IMG/VR virus record: IMGVR_UViG_3300043080_000191
Source of the DNA: a virus
Length of the DNA stretch: 64,000 nt
Direction: 5' to 3' (one strand)
The position numbers were made by a program, and so were the translations under genes. The notes under the pieces were generated by a model, which searched no databases, was not told where the DNA came from, and worked only from the letters and a program-made list of their open reading frames with translations. Shown piece after piece: positions 58,011-64,000 of this stretch. Position 1 is the stretch's first letter. The number at the start of each line of letters is the position of its first letter.

Positions 58011-59026
58011 CAAGTACTGACTATCTCTTCCAATTATAAATATATAATTGCTGCCGTTTTGAGAATTGTATCAATAAATTCTCTACTTCCTTTACCGGAA
58101 TAGTCGATACAGGCTTATTTGTTTTTCCAATAAACTCTTTTACTTATAGAACGAGATTTTGTTCTTAATGGATATATATATCCTTTTAATCTATAGGCTT
58201 TAGTTTTTCCACGATTAATATCCATTATAGTTGAAGATGAACAATTAAATTGCTTAGAAATTTCAATAAAAGTTTTATCATTCTTTAAAATTTCCTCATG
58301 GATTTTTTTACATTCTTCTTGAGAAAAACGTAATCCTTTTGTACCTTTCATATTTGAAGATCGAATAGGATAAATTAAATTATCTCTTTTCCTTCGTTTA
58401 CCAGTATTTATATTATAAATATGTGTCATTGAAATTCCTGTTTTATTCATTATATCATTGTAAGAATAACTTTCATCTTTCAACATTTCAATAACTATAT
58501 CTATTTTATCTTCAGTAAATACTGGCCTAATTGGATTTGCGCCGCCAGTTGTTTGGTTATATCCATCATAATAAGTGTTATAATATGCAATCCAATATTT
58601 TTCTTTATCATTTAATTCTTCTTTTAAGAGATTTCTTTCTAAAATAATTAATTCGTATTCATCTTCTCCATATTTTCTAATTCCTCTGCTTAAAGGATAA
58701 TTATATTCTTTAAGTGAAATATCGAAAGGGTCATATTGTATATGTCTTTTATGCCTTTCTTTTAAATTTTCTGTTTGACCAACATATACAATTTTATTAT
58801 TTGATTTTTTTCTATAGGCATAAATAACATTGTCAATCATTTATAGTAAGACCTCCTTTTTTCATCTTTACTATGAAAAGAGATCCTTATTGTTTAAACA
58901 AATTTTCCCACGGGACCACCTTATTTTTCAATTTAGGCTCCCCCGTTAGCATATATACCATTTTTTTGGCGTATATATACCCCGCTGATAAACGGAAAAG
59001 CAGACTAGGGCGAAACACTAACTTTT
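58011..59026 (-). mobile_element. Group I intron (about 1.0 kb) in the primase gene carrying a GIY-YIG homing endonuclease
   Basis: Primase exon 1 ends '...AIIFEG' (TOPRIM 'EG') and then hits a stop. A possible P1 pairs exon AGGGU with intron GCCCU. 3' elements UAUCGACUAUUCC ... AGAGAUAGUCAG are near-identical to the dnaE HEG-containing intron. Confidence 0.55.
58115..58840 (-). CDS. GIY-YIG homing endonuclease (intron-encoded), paralog of the dnaE intron HEG
   Basis: 'NVIYAYRKKSNNKIVYVGQTENLKERHKRH...GYNQTTGGAN'. RBS AAGGAGG. C-terminal HTH-like repeats. Confidence 0.8.
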   Translation of the reverse strand: MIDNVIYAYRKKSNNKIVYVGQTENLKERHKRHIQYDPFDISLKEYNYPLSRGIRKYGEDEYELIILERNLLKEELNDKEKYWIAYYNTYYDGYNQTTGGANPIRPVFTEDKIDIVIEMLKDESYSYNDIMNKTGISMTHIYNINTGKRRKRDNLIYPIRSSNMKGTKGLRFSQEECKKIHEEILKNDKTFIEISKQFNCSSSTIMDINRGKTKAYRLKGYIYPLRTKSRSISKRVYWKNK

Positions 59027-59794
59027 ACCCTCAAAAATAATAGCTTTTTTAATTTGATTGATTTGATTTTTACTAAAATTAAAATTATACAGATTCATTC
59101 CAAGAGGATGATTATACATAATTCGATTAACTTTTAACGGGCGATATTTACCAAAAATATCAGCTTCTTCCTTACAAAGTGTTCGACCGCGCAATCCTAC
59201 AAATCTTCCATCTTTATCAAAATGAGGAATTGTTATTTGATCGCCTCCTGGATAAAAACCAATTAAAGCTTGGTTAATGGCTTCCTGAGAAATTCCTTCT
59301 TTTAACCAAGGCTCGATTTTTAAAGAATAATTAAATCTATCTAAGATTTCACTGTTGTATTCTTTTAGAATAACATTATCTTTCTTTTTTAAATCAATAT
59401 CTTGAATTCTTTTATAATTATCTAAATAGCTCCAATCCGCAAGTCCATTGTCATTCATTGAATCAACAACTTCGCCCATGATTCCGAATTTACCGGCAAT
59501 CCATCTGACTGCATCGTTTAAATCAAATTCAATTTCATGCTGAATCTTTGCTATTTTCCTAGTTAATTCAAATATATCAAAATAACTATCACAACCAGTA
59601 TAACATCGAAATAATCCACTATTTTCATAATAATACAATTTTCGACTTCCTTCTCCTGGTTGATTATGACAAATTGTAGATGAAAGGATCCCGAATGATG
59701 TATATTCAGGATCCCCTCCCCACTCTTGTAATAAATCAAAAATATTCTCAATAACTAAACTATCTCGAATTTCTGCTTTATCATAATTTATCAT
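59027..59794 (-). CDS. dnaG: DNA primase (DnaG-like) exon 1: CHC2 zinc finger and the start of TOPRIM
   Basis: 'CHNQPGEGSRKLYYYENSGLFRCYTGCDSYFDIFEL' is a CHC2 Zn finger. It ends '...KAIIFEG' followed by an in-frame stop inside the intron. Confidence 0.65.
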
Positions 59795-59822
59795 TTATTC
59801 ATCCTATCTTTCTTAATAAGAT

Positions 59823-60086
59823 TTATCCGATGATAACTTTAACACATTTCTCTTTTAGACCAAACTGGTCATTTACAATCCAGCAGAGATAAGCCTGTGC
59901 ATCCATTCTTTCTTCAGCACCTTTTCTTCCTTTAAGATAATCTCTTGCGATTGCTTTAGGCATCTTATACTCACAAGCGCCAACCTTTTCACAAGTGTCT
60001 ACTGGAGTAACTACCTGTTTGAAACCTACACCTTTAGTTTTCTTATTTACTTTGTTTGTTTTCTTTTTAGTTGTTTTCTCTGCCAT
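59823..60086 (-). CDS. Hypothetical protein (87 aa) with Lys-rich N-terminus
   Basis: ORF between the primase and dnaB-like genes. 'KKKTNKVNKKTKG'. Confidence 0.4.
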   Translation of the reverse strand: MAEKTTKKKTNKVNKKTKGVGFKQVVTPVDTCEKVGACEYKMPKAIARDYLKGRKGAEERMDAQAYLCWIVNDQFGLKEKCVKVIIG

Positions 60087-60133
60087 AATAATTATCTCCT
60101 CTTAATCTTTTTATTTAAAATTATTTAAGAAAT

Positions 60134-61663
60134 CTAAAATGCAGATTCCTCTTCAACAATAATTTTCACATTATCTATACTTACCATTTCATAAGCATAT
60201 GTTGTACAAAACATTGGAATTATTCTGCAACAGCCTAAATCAGCTTTGCACCATAAAATAACTCCTTTATATCTTCCTCGTCTGTTCTTATAAATAGACA
60301 TTTTAATTGTTGGTCTTTCAAATAAGTTTGTTGACAATATTGGATCAAGCGCTTCAAGATCTTCATCTTTAACATTTAAAAGAATTGAACCATAATCAAC
60401 TTTATCTGCGATAGCTTTTGCGCCTCGAAGTAAATTCTGATCTGGAGTCTTAGCATCTTGATAGTCGCCATTTAACTGCGTTGCTGACATAATAAAAATG
60501 CCATATTTATTACATAAATCTTTCAATCGAGTTGATAACATAAACAAAATATTATCTTCTCTTAATTTGATTCCACCACTTCTTCTTGTGATTTCTTCAA
60601 GAATCTTCAAACTAGTATGAATATAATCGTGAAAAACATATTTAACATCATGGTCACGCAAATTTTTCTTAATTTTATCTTCAACGTCTTTTAAAGAAAA
60701 ATCTGGAAGTTCTTCAATATATAAAGGACTTTCACTTAAAATTTGTGCGGCTTTCATTACGCGATCTTCTTCATCGCCTTCATATTCTCCATTAAGGATA
60801 TGTTCTTCATTAACTGACGATAAAAATGCCAACATCATTGTTTGAATTTCTTCAAGTTCCTGCTCAGTTGTAATAAATAAAACTGGCTCGCAAGTTCCAT
60901 TTTTAATCCAACCAAAATTATCATCATAAATCTGATTACATGCAATATAACATGCATCCGCAATCATTGATCTAGTCTTACCAACTCCAGTAGCCGCAGA
61001 TCTAAGATAAAACTTTTTTAATCTTGCGCCACGAGTAACTGTATTAATAAGAGGTCCATATAATGGAACTCCTACTTCTGGATGCTCTTTAAATTTTGCA
61101 ATTAAATCAAAAATTCCTTCTCCTGCTTGCGCAGCTTCTCCATCAACATCATCTACATATTTTAATCTAATTTCAGCAATTTTATTATCAACTTTATCAG
61201 CTATTTCTTCCAATGTAGAATTATCTAATTGATCCTCTTGGAGTTGCTTCTTTTTTACATCCAAAATATTATCTGGATCATATATATCAGAAACATCAAC
61301 GCCAAAATTATCATATGCTCTTAACAGAGTCATTTTCTTTAAACGATTATAATAATAATCAAATGTTGCTTGAGTCGCTGAATCAGCTACTTTTAATAGC
61401 CATTCTTCTCCTTTTTGAGTCTGATATAAAGCTAAACTCTTTGGTCTTGTTGATAAAAAATCTGAAATTGTTTCAAGATGGATTTCATTTGCGCCTAATT
61501 CATGAATCTTATAAATTGCCCCAAAAACTAATCTATGAAATTCATCTGGAAAATCTTCATCCACTATTGTGTATTTATCTGTAAAATCTAAAAGTTGAGG
61601 TCGATTGAAAACACAACCAATAACTTGCATAATTGATGTAGAATCTACATACTTTGATGCCAT
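60134..61663 (-). CDS. dnaB: DnaB-like replicative DNA helicase
   Basis: N-terminal 'STSIMQVIGCVFNRPQLL' (DnaB N-domain pattern). Walker A 'LRSAATGVGKTRSMIA'. 509 aa. Confidence 0.65.
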   Translation of the reverse strand: MASKYVDSTSIMQVIGCVFNRPQLLDFTDKYTIVDEDFPDEFHRLVFGAIYKIHELGANEIHLETISDFLSTRPKSLALYQTQKGEEWLLKVADSATQATFDYYYNRLKKMTLLRAYDNFGVDVSDIYDPDNILDVKKKQLQEDQLDNSTLEEIADKVDNKIAEIRLKYVDDVDGEAAQAGEGIFDLIAKFKEHPEVGVPLYGPLINTVTRGARLKKFYLRSAATGVGKTRSMIADACYIACNQIYDDNFGWIKNGTCEPVLFITTEQELEEIQTMMLAFLSSVNEEHILNGEYEGDEEDRVMKAAQILSESPLYIEELPDFSLKDVEDKIKKNLRDHDVKYVFHDYIHTSLKILEEITRRSGGIKLREDNILFMLSTRLKDLCNKYGIFIMSATQLNGDYQDAKTPDQNLLRGAKAIADKVDYGSILLNVKDEDLEALDPILSTNLFERPTIKMSIYKNRRGRYKGVILWCKADLGCCRIIPMFCTTYAYEMVSIDNVKIIVEEESAF

Positions 61664-62181
61664 TAAACTTCTTCCTCCTCATCTAAAAAAGAAAATAACT
61701 TTCTTTTTTTTACATTCTTTTGCGGTGAGGGAATAGAAATTACTTTTTCGTGAGGTACATAATCCTCTATCTTTATCTTATCATTCTTTTGTTGAGCTTC
61801 CCAAATAGAATAATAATAATTGAAAGCATCCTTATAAACATAAGGAACAATACCTATACCGCCATTTGATTTTTCAATAGAATTGCCTTTTACCTCATGG
61901 AAATAAATTAAAGCTTTTTTAATACCTGAATATGAATAATGATAAGTTTCAATAAAAGTATTAATCTGTTTTCTTATCCTAGGACTTATATAGTCTTCTT
62001 TAAATAACTGCATTATATAATTCTCTAATTCAAGCTTATCAGCTTCTTCTTTCTTTAATTTTTCTCCTTCAGTTTCAGCACATTCTTTATGTGCATATCG
62101 CATATTTGATACTTTTATAGTTGGATATTTATCCCTATCAAACTTCTTTTTACAATATACACAGGTAACGATATGAGCCAT
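61663..62181 (-). CDS. Hypothetical protein (172 aa) with N-terminal Zn-ribbon-like CxxC...HxxC
   Basis: 'CVYCKKKF...YAHKEC'. First gene after the strong promoter. Confidence 0.45.
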   Translation of the reverse strand: MAHIVTCVYCKKKFDRDKYPTIKVSNMRYAHKECAETEGEKLKKEEADKLELENYIMQLFKEDYISPRIRKQINTFIETYHYSYSGIKKALIYFHEVKGNSIEKSNGGIGIVPYVYKDAFNYYYSIWEAQQKNDKIKIEDYVPHEKVISIPSPQKNVKKRKLFSFLDEEEEV

Positions 62182-62212
62182 TTAAGCACTCCTTTCTTTA
62201 CCTTATATAAAT

Positions 62213-62241
62213 ATTATACCATATTTTTTAATAAAAATCAA
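62213..62241 (-). promoter_or_regulatory. Strong sigma-A-type promoter on the minus strand: TTGATT-17 nt-TGgTATAAT
   Basis: Minus-strand read ...cuucTTTTGATTtttattaaaaaatatgGTATAATattt. The -35 overlaps the U-tract of the upstream terminator. Confidence 0.6.
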
Positions 62242-62265
62242 AAGAAGCGGAATTTCTTCCGCTTC
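62229..62265 (-). terminator. Rho-independent terminator (minus strand): gaagcggaagaaattccgcttc + UUUUGAUUUUUAUU
   Basis: Perfect 7-bp GC-rich stem. The U-run is on the minus strand. Confidence 0.8.
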
Positions 62266-62376
62266 TAGTCTATATGAACCTTAGGCTTTCGGATACATCT
62301 TTTCTCGACCTTCTGAATGACGATACTTGCACAGCGGTTCTCCTACTCACAGCCATTGCTACTTCTAAGGCTTTAA

Positions 62377-63369
62377 TCAAAGTTTCTTAAGGTCAAAGAG
62401 AATCATATCAAGCTGCGCAGCCTGCTCAGCAGTACAATCTCCAACTTTCTTACCTTTTCCCAGATATGTTTCTACAATCTGAGTGATCTTTGTAGAATTA
62501 GACTGATTAGCAGCCATAAGCTTACCAACAAGTGTCTGAAATTCTTCCATCATTGCCGGAAAATCATATTCTGGAGCTTCTGAATGAATTGCTTCATCTC
62601 TAGAGTCTGTAATAAACTGCGCTCCATGATGTTTTTCCTCTTCATCAATCGCATCACTAATTGCTTTTACAAGATTTTCATATGTAAAATCAATTACTGG
62701 CGGAGTATATTTAAAACGAGATCCTGCAACAAATCTTGGAGTTCCTCTCATAAAAAGTTTTGTAGTAGAATTGCCATTTTCATCTTCTACTAAATGAGAA
62801 TAACCAATAATATCACATGTTCTTTCACAAATTGTTCTTGCTTTATTATCAAGAGTTGGAACAATCTGATTATACTCAACACCTTTTTCATCTTTAAAAG
62901 TCTTATCCTGAGAATGACTGATAAGAACTAGACCGTAATCCATTTGAAGGATTCTACGAATACATTCATCAAATTCATTCTGAGTTAATTTATATCCTTT
63001 TCCATAAGGAATATCTGCAATATTCTCATATGAATCTTTTGCAGTAGATTCTCTACTACAAATATATTTTTCACAATATCCATAAGCAATATCAGCAGTA
63101 TCAATTACAACTGTTTGAAAAATTTCTTTTACTGCGGGATCCTTTAATTCAGAAAGAGCTTTCTTAAAATCTCCCCAGTTATTCATTGGTTTTGCCATGA
63201 TGCCAGGAATTGCGCTATATCCTTTTTCAAATGCAAGTACAAGTGCGCCAGGGAATTTACTTGCAATAGTGGTTTTTCCAGATTTTGGCGTTCCATAGAA
63301 CAAAACTGAATATCCACGTAAATCTCGACTGACCTGATGTGGCTTAATATCTAGTAATGAATTTCCCAT
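62377..63369 (-). CDS. AAA_24-family (Sak4-like) phage ATPase
   Basis: 'YSVLFYGTPKSGKTTIASKFPGALVLAFEKGY' and 'VVIDTAD'. 330 aa. Confidence 0.6.
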   Translation of the reverse strand: MGNSLLDIKPHQVSRDLRGYSVLFYGTPKSGKTTIASKFPGALVLAFEKGYSAIPGIMAKPMNNWGDFKKALSELKDPAVKEIFQTVVIDTADIAYGYCEKYICSRESTAKDSYENIADIPYGKGYKLTQNEFDECIRRILQMDYGLVLISHSQDKTFKDEKGVEYNQIVPTLDNKARTICERTCDIIGYSHLVEDENGNSTTKLFMRGTPRFVAGSRFKYTPPVIDFTYENLVKAISDAIDEEEKHHGAQFITDSRDEAIHSEAPEYDFPAMMEEFQTLVGKLMAANQSNSTKITQIVETYLGKGKKVGDCTAEQAAQLDMILFDLKKL

Positions 63370-63464
63370 GTTAAATAATCTCCTTTAATATATCTTTACT
63401 CTTATTTTTTAATTAAATGTTTTATTAGTCAGTCAATCTCCCCTTAATAGGGGAGAATGAATAA

Positions 63465-64000
63465 TTAGAAATTAAAAGCACCCTGTGCCGGAGCTGTCTG
63501 CGCAGTTGCCTGACCCTTAGAAGCTTTATACTCTTCCTGACGCTGTTTCAAAGCCGCAAGCATTGTCTCTCTATTCGCCATAGCTTCTGTTAATTCAGCA
63601 GCCGTAATTGTATCAGCTTCATCCCATAAATATGGAGTCTTTGCCGCACCAGTGATTACAAAATCTCTTCTCGTAGATTTGATCTCACGTACAACGTCAT
63701 CACCAAATGCAGACTCTTCAGTTACTGTTCTTGTTGTAGTTCCAGATACCTGACGACCCCAAATCTTGGTAAATACCGGCTCTTTAGCAGAAGCGCCAAG
63801 TCCTTCAAAATAATCCATCGCGTTAGAATTTACTGCACTAAACTCTACTGGAAGAAGAGATCCTCTAAAATCGAAGATAGCTCCTTTAACTGCACATCTC
63901 TCTGGAATATTTCTTTCTTCATCTGCATCAAGTCTAACTACATTAGTAATTAACATATCAACATCAAAAGTGCTACGATTTTTTTCATCCTGGTCAAGTT
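63465..64000 (-). CDS. Hypothetical replication/recombination-module protein, 5'-partial (frame open to window edge)
   Basis: No in-frame stop between the annotated ATG at 63956 and nt 64000 on the minus strand. C-terminus Q/A-rich. Confidence 0.45.
   Translation of the reverse strand, partial: LDQDEKNRSTFDVDMLITNVVRLDADEERNIPERCAVKGAIFDFRGSLLPVEFSAVNSNAMDYFEGLGASAKEPVFTKIWGRQVSGTTTRTVTEESAFGDDVVREIKSTRRDFVITGAAKTPYLWDEADTITAAELTEAMANRETMLAALKQRQEEYKASKGQATAQTAPAQGAFNF

Noticed and set aside
1-64000. CRISPR arrays, tRNA or tmRNA genes, integrase/attachment sites, diversity-generating retroelement
   Set aside because: No evenly spaced short direct repeats. No T-arm GTTCGAATC-type motifs in intergenic regions. 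No tyrosine or serine recombinase and no reverse-transcriptase motifs. The tandem repeats seen are coding-sequence duplications.

Overview
The window reads as part of a large virulent phage of an anaerobic, probably spore-forming Firmicute. GC is about 30%, every start has a strong AGGAGG-type RBS, there is a class III anaerobic RNR, and no integrase is visible.

Bases 1-38,600 (+ strand) are a late structural block. It holds very large tail, baseplate and fiber proteins of 1772+, 858, 968, 1814, 565, 2516, 643 and 1407 aa. At least four fiber-like genes share an N-terminal anchor motif, and the block is punctuated by clear rho-independent terminators. It ends in a separately transcribed five-gene accessory cassette at 36.3-38.6 kb. 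That cassette encodes a stand-alone BclA C-terminal (C1q/TNF-like) domain protein, a YjcZ-like tiny-TM plus Cys-rich protein, a Q/N-rich protein and a His-rich protein. I read it as a candidate spore-surface or exosporium-like moron, and it is the most unusual thing in the window.

Bases 38,650-64,000 (- strand) are a replication and nucleotide-metabolism block. It contains a RuvC-like resolvase, dUTPase, NrdG, NrdD, a guanylate-kinase-like NMP kinase, DnaE (PolIII alpha), a Gp37/Gp68 protein, a Dda-like helicase, RecJ, a DnaG-like primase, a DnaB-like helicase and an AAA_24 ATPase. This module is heavily colonised by selfish elements. dnaE is split into three exons by two group I introns, one ORF-less and one carrying a GIY-YIG homing endonuclease. 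The primase is split by a third group I intron carrying a paralogous GIY-YIG endonuclease. A free-standing endonuclease with four tandem zinc-ribbon repeats and a DUF559-type nuclease domain sits between the helicase and the Gp37/68 gene. No tRNA, rRNA, CRISPR array or integrase was recognised.
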